Shown: piece by piece, positions 10,593 to 20,885 of the stretch
Numbering within the stretch: position 1 is the first letter of the stretch
How the letters are laid out: each line of letters starts with the position of its first letter
DNA from: Candidatus Binatia bacterium
GTDB lineage: Bacteria > Desulfobacterota > Binatia > HRBIN30
Direction: 5' to 3'
Assembly: GCA_038245295.1 (NCBI GenBank)
Contig: JBBRSP010000004.1
Coordinates: 1 to 64,000, forward strand
Length of the DNA stretch: 64,000 nucleotides
Notes under the pieces: generated by a model
Seen by the model: only the letters and a program-made list of their open reading frames with translations
What the model was told of the DNA's origin: nothing
The model's database searches: none
Made by a program: the position numbers and the translations under genes

Positions 10593-13500
10593 ATGCTGTC
10601 GTTCATCTTCGGCTACGGGCTTCCCGTCGCCGCCTTCTGGTTGGTTTGGCGCTTACGCCAGCAACACGATGAAGCACGTGAACGCGAGCGTCAACGCGAT
10701 GCGCTGCTCGACGAGCTCCGTCAGCGTCTAGACTCTCTGGAGCGCCTGGCTCAGCCGAGCCAATTGCCAATCGCCACCGAGACGGTCGAGGCTGACGCAG
10801 CGATCGAGCCGCCACTGGTCGAGGCGTCGGCGCTCGATCCATTCCCGTCCGAAGTCGTGCTGCCTCAGTCATCGCTGAACGAAACGGTGCCACCGGAAAC
10901 GCAGCCCTACGAGGCGACGCCAATTGACGTGCTCCAGGAGATTACCCCGCCAGTCGCCCCCACCTCATGGCTGCCGCGCCCGCAGATCCCCGCCATCGAC
11001 TGGGAGAGCTTCATTGGTGTCCAGTTGTTTTCCTGGATCGCCGGGCTGGCGCTGGTGATCGCCGCCGTCTTCTTCCTGCGCTACTCCATCGATCGCGGCT
11101 GGCTCGGCCCGCCGATTCGCGTCGCCATCGGCCTTACCGTCGGCATCTGCCTGCTGGTTTTTTGCGAACTGCGCGCCGCACAACGCTACCGTGTCACGGC
11201 CAACGCTCTGGACGCGGCGGGCATTGCCATCCTGTTCGCGACGCTCTTCGCGGCATACGCACTTTGGGACCTGTTGGGACAGATACCCGTCTTTCTGGCA
11301 ATGACACTCGTGACGGCAGTCGCTGTGCTGCTGTCGATCCGGCGCGACTCACTGTTCATCGCCTTGCTCGGCCTGGTTGGTGGATTCGCGACCCCGGCGC
11401 TTCTTTCAACCGGCGTGGATCGCCCGGTGGGATTGTTCGGCTATCTGTTCTTGCTCAATGCCGGTCTCGGCTGGGTAGCCTATCGCAAGCGCTGGCCGTT
11501 GCTGACCGGCCTGTGCGTCTTGATCACCGCGCTGTACCAGTTCTTCTGGGTTGCCAAATTCTTGGATGCGTCGCGCCTGCCTCTGGCAATGGCGATCTTC
11601 CTGGTGTTCCCCATCCTGCATGGCGCCACGTTTCTGTGGACAACCCGCCCTCGCGAGGGTGAGGAGGTGCAGCCGATCTTTGGCCAGATGACCGCCCTGG
11701 CAGCGGCTCTCCCCTTGCTGCTTGCCGCCATCATGGCCGTGGTGCCCGCCTTCGGCGTCCATTTTGATTTCCTCTTCGGCTACGTGTTGTTGATCGCCTC
11801 CGGCTTGGCGGCAATCGCGATACTGCGCGGACCACATGTTCTGCACAGCGCCGGCGGCATGGCCGTCTTGCTCGTCACACTGCTGTGGTTGGGCGCCTCG
11901 TACCAACAGGATGCCTGGCCGAGGATTCTCGTGTGGTTATCTCTCGCCACAGGCGTGTACCTGGCCGTGCCGGAGATCGCGCGTCGGCGAGGCCGCCCTC
12001 TCGAGCCGCGCCTGCGCCAGGAGCTTTTCGCACCACTGCTGTTGGGAGCGTTTCCAATTGTCGCCTATCTCGAACCGCACACGGCGGACCCAGGGCTGTT
12101 GTTTGGCGTGCTCTTCGGGCTCGCCGTCTTGATCGGTGTCGTCGCCGTCAGGCGGGAGTTCAGCACCATGCACACGGTTGCGGCGATTTTCATCGTCGCG
12201 ACGGAGGCGGTCTGGACAGTGAACTACCTCGCTCCAGCGCAGCTCTTCAGCAGCCTGCTCGTCTACGTCACGTTCGCCCTCTTCCATCTCGGGCTTCCGG
12301 CGCTTGCGGCACGTGACGGCAGGCACCTGACACCGAACTCCCGCGCAGCATTGTCTGGGCACCTGTTTCTTCTCGGCGTCGCGCTTCTGCCAGCATTGTC
12401 CATCCCCCCGTGGCCGCTGTTCGTCGCGCTCGCTGTTCTCGATCTCGCCTTCGGATTTGTGGCACTGCAGCAGCGCCGTGTCGGGTCCTATGGCGTCGCC
12501 ATCGCTCTGTCGCAACTGCTCCTGGCGATCTGGGTTGTGCGCGCCGACGCCGCGCCATGGCCACAGGTGGCGATGTTATCGACATGCGTCGTCAGCGCCT
12601 TCGCCATCGTTTGGATAAGGCTGGCCGAACGGCGTCAGGCCGACACAGCGGCCCACGCCGACGTCGCGATCTATTCTCTTTTCCTCGCCCTACTCGTGCA
12701 TTTCCTCGCCGCCCAGCAAGGCGGCGCACCGGCGCTTCCAATCGTCGCCGCTGTGCATCTCGTCGTCCTGATCGCCTTGCTGGCCGTCGTAGCCGAACAG
12801 AAGCGTTTCTTCGTACTGAACTTTGCCGTGGCCGCCGCAGCCGTGCAGAGCTTCGTCTGGTGCGACCGGCAAACATCTTCGTGGATCCCCACCCTGCTTT
12901 ACCTAAGCGCTCAGTACTCCCTGTTTCTCCTGCTCCCCGTGCTGCTCGGCCGACGCTCCGAGAGGTCTCGCGATCCATATCTGGCGAGCGTCGCGGCGAG
13001 TGTCGTGTTTTTGTTGCTGGCGCGCCGCGTGCTGATCGTCGGCGGTCATGAAGACATCATCGGCGTGCTGCCGGTGACCCAGGCACTCCTGCTGTTCGGA
13101 TTGTTGCGGTTCGTGTTGCAGCTCGACACGTCGGCCGGTCGCGACCCTGGGCGAATCGCTCTGGTTGCCGGGGCGGCATTGGGATTCGCGACAGCGGCTA
13201 TCCCGCTGCAGCTCGAACGCGAATGGATCACGATTGGCTGGGCTCTCGAAGCCGCGGCGCTGGCGTGGCTCTATACACAGGTCGTGCACCGAGGCCTGTT
13301 GTTTTGGTGCAGTGGGCTGGCACTCGCCGTCTTCATTCGCCTGGCATTGAACCCTTCGGTGCTTGCGTATCACCCGCGCTCGGCAGTGCCGATCTGGAAC
13401 TGGTATCTCTATACGTACGCCGTCGCCGCCGCGGCCATGTTCACCGCCGCGTATTTCTTGCGCGGCCGCGATGACAAGCTGATTGCCGGTATCCGGGCCG

Positions 13501-13880
13501 CGCCGTGGCTTGCCGGTGCCGCAACAGTCCTGTTGTTCTTGCTGCTCAACATCGAGATCGCCGACTACTATTCCAACGGCAGCGCGTTGACCTTCGACTT
13601 ACATGCCGGCCTGTCACAGGATCTCACCTATACGATTGGCTGGGCTGTCTTCGCCCTGGCACTGCTGGGCGCGGGCATCGCCGGCCGGATTCGTGTGGCC
13701 CGCATTACCGCCCTGGGGTTGCTGGTGATCACCATCGTCAAATGTTTCCTGCTCGACCTATGGCGCCTGGGTGGGCTGTACCGCGTCGGCTCGTTCGTCG
13801 GCCTTGCCGTTTGTCTTTCGCTCGTCGCCTTATTGCTGCAGCGTTTCGTTCTCGGGGCACAGAAGGAGGCGGCGGAATGA
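10593..13880 (+). CDS. DUF2339-type large polytopic membrane protein
   Basis: WESFIGVQLFSWIAG, FFLRYSI, GGFATP, KCFLLDL...RVGSF; many TM helices. Confidence 0.8.
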   Translation: MLSFIFGYGLPVAAFWLVWRLRQQHDEARERERQRDALLDELRQRLDSLERLAQPSQLPIATETVEADAAIEPPLVEASALDPFPSEVVLPQSSLNETVPPETQPYEATPIDVLQEITPPVAPTSWLPRPQIPAIDWESFIGVQLFSWIAGLALVIAAVFFLRYSIDRGWLGPPIRVAIGLTVGICLLVFCELRAAQRYRVTANALDAAGIAILFATLFAAYALWDLLGQIPVFLAMTLVTAVAVLLSIRRDSLFIALLGLVGGFATPALLSTGVDRPVGLFGYLFLLNAGLGWVAYRKRWPLLTGLCVLITALYQFFWVAKFLDASRLPLAMAIFLVFPILHGATFLWTTRPREGEEVQPIFGQMTALAAALPLLLAAIMAVVPAFGVHFDFLFGYVLLIASGLAAIAILRGPHVLHSAGGMAVLLVTLLWLGASYQQDAWPRILVWLSLATGVYLAVPEIARRRGRPLEPRLRQELFAPLLLGAFPIVAYLEPHTADPGLLFGVLFGLAVLIGVVAVRREFSTMHTVAAIFIVATEAVWTVNYLAPAQLFSSLLVYVTFALFHLGLPALAARDGRHLTPNSRAALSGHLFLLGVALLPALSIPPWPLFVALAVLDLAFGFVALQQRRVGSYGVAIALSQLLLAIWVVRADAAPWPQVAMLSTCVVSAFAIVWIRLAERRQADTAAHADVAIYSLFLALLVHFLAAQQGGAPALPIVAAVHLVVLIALLAVVAEQKRFFVLNFAVAAAAVQSFVWCDRQTSSWIPTLLYLSAQYSLFLLLPVLLGRRSERSRDPYLASVAASVVFLLLARRVLIVGGHEDIIGVLPVTQALLLFGLLRFVLQLDTSAGRDPGRIALVAGAALGFATAAIPLQLEREWITIGWALEAAALAWLYTQVVHRGLLFWCSGLALAVFIRLALNPSVLAYHPRSAVPIWNWYLYTYAVAAAAMFTAAYFLRGRDDKLIAGIRAAPWLAGAATVLLFLLLNIEIADYYSNGSALTFDLHAGLSQDLTYTIGWAVFALALLGAGIAGRIRVARITALGLLVITIVKCFLLDLWRLGGLYRVGSFVGLAVCLSLVALLLQRFVLGAQKEAAE

Positions 13881-15892
13881 GAAGGTCGTTGGTCGCGTTT
13901 TGCATCGTCGGGTTGCTAGCCGGTCGCGCCGCCAAGGCGGCGCCCAACTTCCGTTTCGAGCGACCGATCACGCCCGCCGGGGCGGGCCCCAATCGACTTT
14001 CGATCGATGTTCCCCTCCTCACCGGCGCCCGCCCGCTGCAATACGGCAGTGCAGGCTTCGTCGTCGGTCTCGACGACCTACGCCTCTACGATTCCGCGGG
14101 GCGCGAGGTTGGCTACCTTCTCATCACGCCCAGTTCAGCCACCGAACGCTGGGCTCTCGGCAGCATCACGCCCGTCAACGACTCGACACAAACCAGTGGT
14201 TTCGAAGTCGACCTCGGGCAAGTCATGAACGTCGACCGTCTGCGCCTCGACGGCGTCGCGGCGCCATTCCTCAAGCGGCTCAAGCTTGAGGGCAGCGGCG
14301 ACACCGAGCATTGGATCGTCCTCGTCGATGACGGCACCCTGTTCGATCTACCGAACGAGCATCTCAAGCGCACCGATCTCGAATTCGCGCCGCGCGAGCT
14401 GCGCTATCTGCGGCTGCGCTGGGACGATCGCAACAGCGCCCTTGTGCCACTACCTGCCTCGGTTTCGGCACGACAGGTTGGCAGCGAACCGGCGCCGCCA
14501 CAGCGTGTCCCGCTGAGTTTCGAGCGCACACCCAGCGAGCCGGGGAAGAGTCGCTTCCGCATTCATCTTCCCGGGACACATCTGCCGCTGGCGGCGATTG
14601 AGCTTGTCGCCGGGGCGGGACATTTGCGGCGCATGGCGGTGCTGACCGAGCCACGTCTCAGCGGCGCCGAAGTCAGCCCAACCCGGCTTGGGGCGCACCT
14701 GCTGATGCGCGCGCAGGAGGGTGATGCGGTCGCCGCCGATCTGCGGATTCCAATGACCAGTCCGGATTCCGTCGAGCTCGATCTCGAAGTTGACGACGGC
14801 AACAACCCGCCGCTCGAGCTGCTGGCCGCGGAAGGCGAGCTCCTGCCGCTGCCGTGGATCTTCTTCGAAAGCAGCAATGGTGAGTCCCTCAGGGCGCGTT
14901 TCGGCGACCCGCATCTGGGGCCGCCACGTTACGACCTCGAGGCTGTACGCGCAGACGTAAACGAACAAGATGTCGGCAACGCTGCATGGGGAGACCGACG
15001 TGATCTCGAGCCACAGGAAGCAGAACCGTTCGGTACGATGAGCGCTTCCCTCGCCGGAGGAGTTGTCACCGAGCCCAGACGTTACCAATATCGCCGCCCT
15101 ATCGCCGACGGTGATGCGGGGCTTGTGGCCGTCGCCCTCGACGCGGCGGTGTTGGCGCACAGTGTTCACCTGCGCGATCTGCGCATCGTCGGCGCCGAGG
15201 ACCAGCAGACCCCCTACGTCGTCGAGCGCATGGCGGCGCCGCGAGTCGTCGACCTCCCACCTCTCCGGAAGGCGCCGGAGCCGACCCCCGGGGGCACAAC
15301 CCACGAGTCGATTTACCGACTCCAATTGCCGTTCAAGGGCCTGCCACCGGCCCAGTTGGTCCTCCAAACATCGGGGCGCGTGTTCCAGAGGCAGATCCGC
15401 CTCACGGTTGAGCGGCCGGGCAAGGATGGACGTTCCGCATCCTGGCAACAGTCGGTGACCACGGCGACGTGGGCCCACACCGACGAAATGGAGCACGCCA
15501 AGGATCTGGTGCTGACGCTGCCGAGTCTCGACGTGAATACTCTCGACCTACGCATCGACGACGGTGATAATGCCCCGCTGCCGCTCGGCTCCGTGCGCCT
15601 ACTACTCCCCGCCTATCGTCTGCGATTTTTCCGCACCGACAACCAGCCGTTGACCCTTCTGTACGGAAACCTTTCGGTCGACGCGCCGCGCTACGATCTG
15701 GCGCTGCTCGCCCCCCGGGTCCTTGAAGCCGAAGCACACGAAGCCGTTCTTGGAACAGAGGAAGATACACACGCGGGTGAAGCTGCGGCCGAGCGCGATC
15801 TTCCCAAGTCGATCTTCTGGATCGCCCTGGTACTCGCCGTCGTCGCACTGGTCGCACTGATCATGCGGCTCCTACGCTCCGCCGAGCTGTAA
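13877..15892 (+). CDS. DUF3999-type exported protein with C-terminal membrane anchor
   Basis: Signal peptide, DLRL...VGY, DGDNAPL, PRYDL motifs, C-terminal TM; ATGA overlap and AAGGAGG RBS. Confidence 0.75.
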   Translation: MRRSLVAFCIVGLLAGRAAKAAPNFRFERPITPAGAGPNRLSIDVPLLTGARPLQYGSAGFVVGLDDLRLYDSAGREVGYLLITPSSATERWALGSITPVNDSTQTSGFEVDLGQVMNVDRLRLDGVAAPFLKRLKLEGSGDTEHWIVLVDDGTLFDLPNEHLKRTDLEFAPRELRYLRLRWDDRNSALVPLPASVSARQVGSEPAPPQRVPLSFERTPSEPGKSRFRIHLPGTHLPLAAIELVAGAGHLRRMAVLTEPRLSGAEVSPTRLGAHLLMRAQEGDAVAADLRIPMTSPDSVELDLEVDDGNNPPLELLAAEGELLPLPWIFFESSNGESLRARFGDPHLGPPRYDLEAVRADVNEQDVGNAAWGDRRDLEPQEAEPFGTMSASLAGGVVTEPRRYQYRRPIADGDAGLVAVALDAAVLAHSVHLRDLRIVGAEDQQTPYVVERMAAPRVVDLPPLRKAPEPTPGGTTHESIYRLQLPFKGLPPAQLVLQTSGRVFQRQIRLTVERPGKDGRSASWQQSVTTATWAHTDEMEHAKDLVLTLPSLDVNTLDLRIDDGDNAPLPLGSVRLLLPAYRLRFFRTDNQPLTLLYGNLSVDAPRYDLALLAPRVLEAEAHEAVLGTEEDTHAGEAAAERDLPKSIFWIALVLAVVALVALIMRLLRSAEL

Positions 15893-15926
15893 GACGGCGT
15901 GTGCCCATTCAGAGTAGTGTCTCAAT

Positions 15927-15956
15927 TTGGAGTCCACGCCCGCCGATGGACTCCAA
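15927..15956. repeat. Perfect 10-bp hairpin
   Basis: TTGGAGTCCA-N10-TGGACTCCAA. Confidence 0.6.
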
Positions 15957-15957
15957 T

Positions 15958-16049
15958 CGGAGCGCGCCACTGCGTGGCGCCCGGAGACAGAGCCTTACCC
16001 GCTACCGGTGTGGATTCCAGCGATGGGCGCCACGGAGTGGCGCGCTCCG
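15958..16049. repeat. REP doublet (REPIN/BIME-like)
   Basis: 25-bp inverted arms (15958-15982, 16025-16049) with one mismatch, each GGAG plus an internal palindrome GCGCCAC-N3-GTGGCGC. Confidence 0.75.
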
Positions 16050-16115
16050 CGATCCCTACCTCATTCGTGGGCCACTTGCCGCAACCGGAGCGTCACGCGA
16101 TACTTCGCCCCACGC

Positions 16116-16955
16116 ATGGACGTTCGCAGCTTTCTCGGCCTCCAACCCACCCACAATCCGCATCGCTGGGTGTTGCCCATCGTCAACAACATCTGCACAC
16201 GCGCCGACTTCCTGTTCGGCGGATGCGGGCTGGCAGCCTGCGTCGCCGCCCTCGAAGCGACCACCGGGCGATCTCTGATCTGGGCGACAGCACAGTACCT
16301 GTCGTACGCCAGCCCACCGTCGATCATGGACATCGATGTGATCATCCCGGTCGCCGGCAAGCAGACGACCCAGGCGCGGGCTGTCGGGCACGTGTGCGAC
16401 CGCGAGATCTTGACCGTCAACGCGGCGCTCGGTTCCCGCGAGTTCGCGTTGGAAGGACAGTGGCCAACGATGCCCGCGGTCCCGTCACCAGCCGACTGTC
16501 CGCCCATGCCGCCGTGGCCTGGCGCGGAAGGACGCATCGACACGCGCTTCGAGATTCGTGTCGCGCAAGGCTCAGTGGGACGCCGCGATGGGGAACCGAG
16601 TGCCGACGGTAGGTCGGCCCTGTGGGTGCGCGTCGCCTCCGGCCTCGAGATGTCAGCCGCCGCCTTGGCCATCGTCGCCGACTGGATGCCCTCAGGAATC
16701 GGCCAAGCCCTTGGCCGCTGGGCGGGCGGCAACAGTCTCGACAACACCGTTCGCATCTTGCGCCCGGTGCCGACGACTTGGGTCCTGTGCGACATCCGCA
16801 TCGACGGTGTGCAACGCGGCTTCGCCCACGGGCACATCCTGTTGTGGAGCGAGACGGGCGTCTTGATGGCAACCGGCGGGCAGTCGGCGATCGTCCGCGT
16901 CTTCGACGGCGACCTCGCGAGCAACATGCCACCGAAGGCGCGCCGGAGCACCTGA
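16116..16955 (+). CDS. Acyl-CoA thioesterase (TesB-like double hotdog)
   Basis: LFGGCGL, TAQYLS, ADWMP, NSLDNTVR, GFAHG. Confidence 0.8.
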   Translation: MDVRSFLGLQPTHNPHRWVLPIVNNICTRADFLFGGCGLAACVAALEATTGRSLIWATAQYLSYASPPSIMDIDVIIPVAGKQTTQARAVGHVCDREILTVNAALGSREFALEGQWPTMPAVPSPADCPPMPPWPGAEGRIDTRFEIRVAQGSVGRRDGEPSADGRSALWVRVASGLEMSAAALAIVADWMPSGIGQALGRWAGGNSLDNTVRILRPVPTTWVLCDIRIDGVQRGFAHGHILLWSETGVLMATGGQSAIVRVFDGDLASNMPPKARRST

Positions 16956-17060
16956 AACACTTACTTCCCGCGTCTGTCAATTTCGCTGCCCTTCGATCGT
17001 CATCGGTGCAGACACAGCCGGCGCAAACGCGTCGAGCCTTCAGACAAAGGAGTGAGCGAG

Positions 17061-17825
17061 ATGGCAGGCAATTACATCTGGTATGAGCTTTTGACGAGTG
17101 ACCCCGACGCCGCAGTGAAGTTCTACGGCACGGTCATTGGCTGGACTTGCCAGGACTCCGGCCAGAAGGAGATGGACTACCGCCAGTGGCGTATGGGCGA
17201 GGCGTTCGTCGGCGGGCTGATGGCAATGCCCCCGGGGGCCACCAACACAGGCATGCGACCCAGTTGGCTCGGCTACATCAACGTCGACAACCTCGAAGCA
17301 TCCCTCGCCGGCATCACAAAGGCCGGCGGCCACGTGCATATGCCACCCACGGAGGTCCCCGGCGTCGGGCGCTTCGCCATGGTGGATGACCCACAGGGTG
17401 CCCTGTTCTACGTGATGACGCCGATCGGCGAAGGAAAGAGCACGTCGTTCTCACCCGGAACATCCGGCCACGGTGGCTGGAATGAGTTACATTCGAGCGA
17501 CGGCGAAGCAGCCATCACCTTCTATTCAGCGCAGTTTGGATGGAAGCAGACCGAAGCGATGGACATGGGCCCGATGGGCAAATACCGACTCTTCAACGCC
17601 GGGTCGGGCAACGCGATCGGCGGCATGATGACCGACAGCAACTTCCCCCACCCCGCCTGGCTCTATTACTTCTGTGTCGACGACATCGACGCAGCCCTAG
17701 CCCGCGTCACCGCGGCAGGCGGCACACTTCTGTTCGGTCCGAGTGAAGTCCCCGGCGGAGCATGGATCATCAACGCGCTGGATCCGCAGGGCGCGATGTT
17801 CGCACTGGTCGGGCCGAAGCGATAA
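17061..17825 (+). CDS. VOC/glyoxalase family protein (two domains)
   Basis: WYELLT/WNELHS, two DPQGA motifs; AAGGAG RBS. Confidence 0.9.
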   Translation: MAGNYIWYELLTSDPDAAVKFYGTVIGWTCQDSGQKEMDYRQWRMGEAFVGGLMAMPPGATNTGMRPSWLGYINVDNLEASLAGITKAGGHVHMPPTEVPGVGRFAMVDDPQGALFYVMTPIGEGKSTSFSPGTSGHGGWNELHSSDGEAAITFYSAQFGWKQTEAMDMGPMGKYRLFNAGSGNAIGGMMTDSNFPHPAWLYYFCVDDIDAALARVTAAGGTLLFGPSEVPGGAWIINALDPQGAMFALVGPKR

Positions 17826-17989
17826 CGAATCTGCAGTCCCGGAAACGTCGGTGTGACCGCCGGCGTCACCGTTCGAAGTCCAGCGGACCAAGGCAGGCCC
17901 CGTCCCAGCAGATAGTGGACCGGGGCCTGGTCTTGGAACGATTCCACCATCGGGCCTCGGTGGCCGCCCAACTACAGCACGGTCAACAT

Positions 17990-18018
17990 TTGACAGACAG
18001 CCTCGGCGCGAGTAGGCC
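17990..18018 (+). promoter_or_regulatory. Putative sigma-70 promoter of the SDR gene
   Basis: TTGACA-17-TAGGCC ending 8 nt before ATG 18027. Confidence 0.55.
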
Positions 18019-18026
18019 GCCATGCC

Positions 18027-18851
18027 ATGAGCACGACCGAAACTTTTGCGGCAGAAGCACTTGGTACGGCACCCGGACGGGGCCGCTTACAGAGAAGAAG
18101 GATCGTTGTCGTCGGAGCCGGGACACGTCCGACATCCGATCCAGACGCTCCGGTCGGCAATGGGCGCGCCATCGCCCTACTGGCCGCGCGCGAGGGTGCC
18201 GCGGTGGCGTGTATAGACATGGATGGCGATGCGGCCCGCGATACGGCGCAGCGCATTGGCGCCACTGGGGGCACAGCCACAGCAATTGTTGCCGATGTGA
18301 GCTTGGCGGCCGATTGTGATCGCCTGGTCGAAGAAAGTATCGCTGGACTCGGCGGCATCGATGGCCTGGTCCTCAACGTCGGCATCGCCGCCGGGCGGCG
18401 CCTGGAAGGGACTACGGCCGACATGTGGGATGCCGTGTTCGCGGTCAACCTGCGAGCCCAGTTCTTGATCTGCCGGGCCGCCCTACCCCGCATGAGTGAA
18501 GGCGCCTCGACTGTCTTGATTTCTTCGATCGCCGGCATGGTGCCGGGAAGCCAATTGCCGGCATACGACGCGTCGAAGGCCGGCATCTTCGGGTTGTGCC
18601 GACATGTGGCCCTCGAAGGGTCGCGCCGTCGCCTGCGCGCCAACGTGGTGGTTCCAGGATTGATCGACACACCGCTTGGGCGTCTCGCGTCGAGCGGTCG
18701 CCCGTCGCGCGAACGCACCCCCGTGCCACTTGGACGCCAAGGTACCGCTTGGGAAGTTGCCTACGCGACGATCTTTCTCCTATCGAATGAAGCCAGCTAC
18801 ATCACCGGCCAATCGCTCGTCGTCGACGGCGGAATTACGGCGCTGATGTAG
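18027..18851 (+). CDS. SDR family oxidoreductase
   Basis: VGNGRAIA, NVGI, SSIAG, YDASK, PGLIDT, ITGQSLVVDGG. Confidence 0.9.
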   Translation: MSTTETFAAEALGTAPGRGRLQRRRIVVVGAGTRPTSDPDAPVGNGRAIALLAAREGAAVACIDMDGDAARDTAQRIGATGGTATAIVADVSLAADCDRLVEESIAGLGGIDGLVLNVGIAAGRRLEGTTADMWDAVFAVNLRAQFLICRAALPRMSEGASTVLISSIAGMVPGSQLPAYDASKAGIFGLCRHVALEGSRRRLRANVVVPGLIDTPLGRLASSGRPSRERTPVPLGRQGTAWEVAYATIFLLSNEASYITGQSLVVDGGITALM

Positions 18852-18895
18852 TCCACCCTCGACGCCCGGGCCCCGACGGCCGACCGCCAGATTGC

Positions 18896-19345
18896 TCATT
18901 CGATGCGCGTCCACACCGCGGTGCGACCAAACAACGGGATGCCGACGTAGCCACGCAGGTTGAGCTCTTTTCCATCCGCCGACGGCGTCACCGTGGCGCG
19001 ATAGACTTTGCCATTGTCGGCGTCGAGAATGTTGCCGCCGCTATAACCGCTGCTCGACCGACGCAAACTGTCGAGGATCTTCATCCCCAGGATGCGCTTG
19101 TCCTTTCGTTCGTCGGTGCACTTGCTGCACACCGTCTCCTCGGTCTCGCCAGGTCCCGGGAATACCTTCTGAACAACTCCCTGATACTCGTCCCCCACCT
19201 GGCGCAGGCGAATGTACGCGCGTGGCTTGCCGGCCGCATCGTTCGAGCGCCACAATCCCTCGATCGACGGCTCCGCTGCGGCAAGGCAGGTAAGTCCCAC
19301 GAGCGCTACGACCAAGATCGCGCTCACGCGTTTTAGCAGCGCCAT
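18896..19345 (-). CDS. DUF2147 family exported protein
   Basis: Signal peptide; CSKC, ILGMKI, GNILDADNGKVY, LRGYVGIPLFGRT. Confidence 0.85.
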   Translation of the reverse strand: MALLKRVSAILVVALVGLTCLAAAEPSIEGLWRSNDAAGKPRAYIRLRQVGDEYQGVVQKVFPGPGETEETVCSKCTDERKDKRILGMKILDSLRRSSSGYSGGNILDADNGKVYRATVTPSADGKELNLRGYVGIPLFGRTAVWTRIE

Positions 19346-20848
19346 TTAGTCCAATCCGAGTCTTTGAAATTGATCCGACGGTGACTCCACCGCTTCGAGC
19401 GCCGCACGCAGCTGGTCGCGCATGCGGTCCTCGGCCCGCGTACCGGCGAGGTTGCGCTCCTCTCCGGGGTCGTCCGCCAGGTCGTAGAGGTGCGATCCGC
19501 TAAACTGACCGTAGCCCCAGAACGGCAACAGGTCGCCGGCCACGAACGGCTGGCGGATCACCGGGATATTCGACCCGGGCATACGGTCGAGGCTGGCGCG
19601 ATCATCGGGGAGCGGCAAGCGCATATCCGGGAAGGAATGCACCGGCATGGTCGACCAGCGGTTCGACCACATACTCAGTGGCGCGTTTTCGGCGAGCGGC
19701 GCGCAGGCGTACTTGTGGCGTTCTTCGATCAAATGCACCTCGCGTCCCCACACCCCAGCCAGCAAATGTTCGCGCACACTCGATGCGGCGCCGGTCAGCA
19801 AGGGCATCAGGGAGCGACCGTGGGTGCGATGCTGCACCTTGGCGCCGAACAAGTCGATCAGTGTGGCATGCAGATCGACGTTAGTCGTAAGGGCATTCGT
19901 TTCACCCGGCGCAACCCCGGGCCAGGCGATGAACAGTGGCGTATGCCCCAGCGGCTCGTAGAGCGGTACGCCCGGCTTACCCCAGATGTCCTTCTCACCG
20001 AGATAGTGGCCATGGTCGGTGCAGACGATCACGGCGGTCGTCGGCCACAGGCCGGCCTTGTCAATCGCATCGAGCAGGCGGCCGAACCACGTGTCGATCA
20101 TCGTCAGCTTGCCGCCGTAACAGGCGCGGATTTGATGCGCCTGAGCTTCGTCGAGAATCCCGCGCTTCAGGGCACCGGCGATATAGGGAGGCCAGATCAG
20201 GTGCGGCCCCTGCCAGGACGAGTCGTACATCGAAGCATAGGGCTCCGGCGTATCGAACGGTTCGTGGGGGTCGAATTCATCGACGAAAAGCAAAAACCGA
20301 TCGTGATGCGGCGCATGTTGCTCGACCCAGCGCGATGCCGCCGCCATGGTCCGCGGCCCTGGAAAGTCGGACTCATCGCGAAAGTAGCCGCGCGAGTTGT
20401 CATACGGCATGTGACCGCGGTTGAACGATGGCGCACCCAGCCAACTCGGATCGGGGCGTGTCTGCCACAGATCACTCTCGTGGCCGCGCTGGTAATCCCA
20501 GGCGCTGAAGTCGGTGTGATAGTTCTCGCCGCCAACCTCGAAGAGGTGGGGATGATCCGTCACCAGCTTGGTCACGACGTCAGTGCGCCGTAGCGAGACG
20601 GTCAGCGGCTCTTCCCAAAGCTCGATCGAGCCCCAGGGCTTCCAAAGGAAATCGAGAGCGCCACAAAGAATGTCGTGACGCGCCGGCATACACGGTAGCG
20701 AGCCCGAGTAGTGACGTCCGAAGCGCACCGCCCGTTGCGCGAAGCGATCGAGGTTCGGCGTATCAAACTCGCGCCCGCCATAGGCGCCAAGCATGTGGCG
20801 ATTAAGACTATCGAGCAGAACGACGATGGCGTTGCGAGGGTTTACCAT
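19346..20848 (-). CDS. Sulfatase (Cys-type, formylglycine-dependent)
   Basis: LLDSL, CMPAR (CxPxR), FDPHEP, TDHG; no signal peptide. Confidence 0.9.
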   Translation of the reverse strand: MVNPRNAIVVLLDSLNRHMLGAYGGREFDTPNLDRFAQRAVRFGRHYSGSLPCMPARHDILCGALDFLWKPWGSIELWEEPLTVSLRRTDVVTKLVTDHPHLFEVGGENYHTDFSAWDYQRGHESDLWQTRPDPSWLGAPSFNRGHMPYDNSRGYFRDESDFPGPRTMAAASRWVEQHAPHHDRFLLFVDEFDPHEPFDTPEPYASMYDSSWQGPHLIWPPYIAGALKRGILDEAQAHQIRACYGGKLTMIDTWFGRLLDAIDKAGLWPTTAVIVCTDHGHYLGEKDIWGKPGVPLYEPLGHTPLFIAWPGVAPGETNALTTNVDLHATLIDLFGAKVQHRTHGRSLMPLLTGAASSVREHLLAGVWGREVHLIEERHKYACAPLAENAPLSMWSNRWSTMPVHSFPDMRLPLPDDRASLDRMPGSNIPVIRQPFVAGDLLPFWGYGQFSGSHLYDLADDPGEERNLAGTRAEDRMRDQLRAALEAVESPSDQFQRLGLD

Positions 20849-20885
20849 TTGGTCATTTGGTCATTTGGCCATTTGGCCATTTTGC
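20846..20885. repeat. 8-bp tandem repeat (CATTTGGY), about 5 copies
   Basis: CATTTGGT CATTTGGT CATTTGGC CATTTGGC CATTTTGC, overlapping the sulfatase start codon. Confidence 0.85.
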
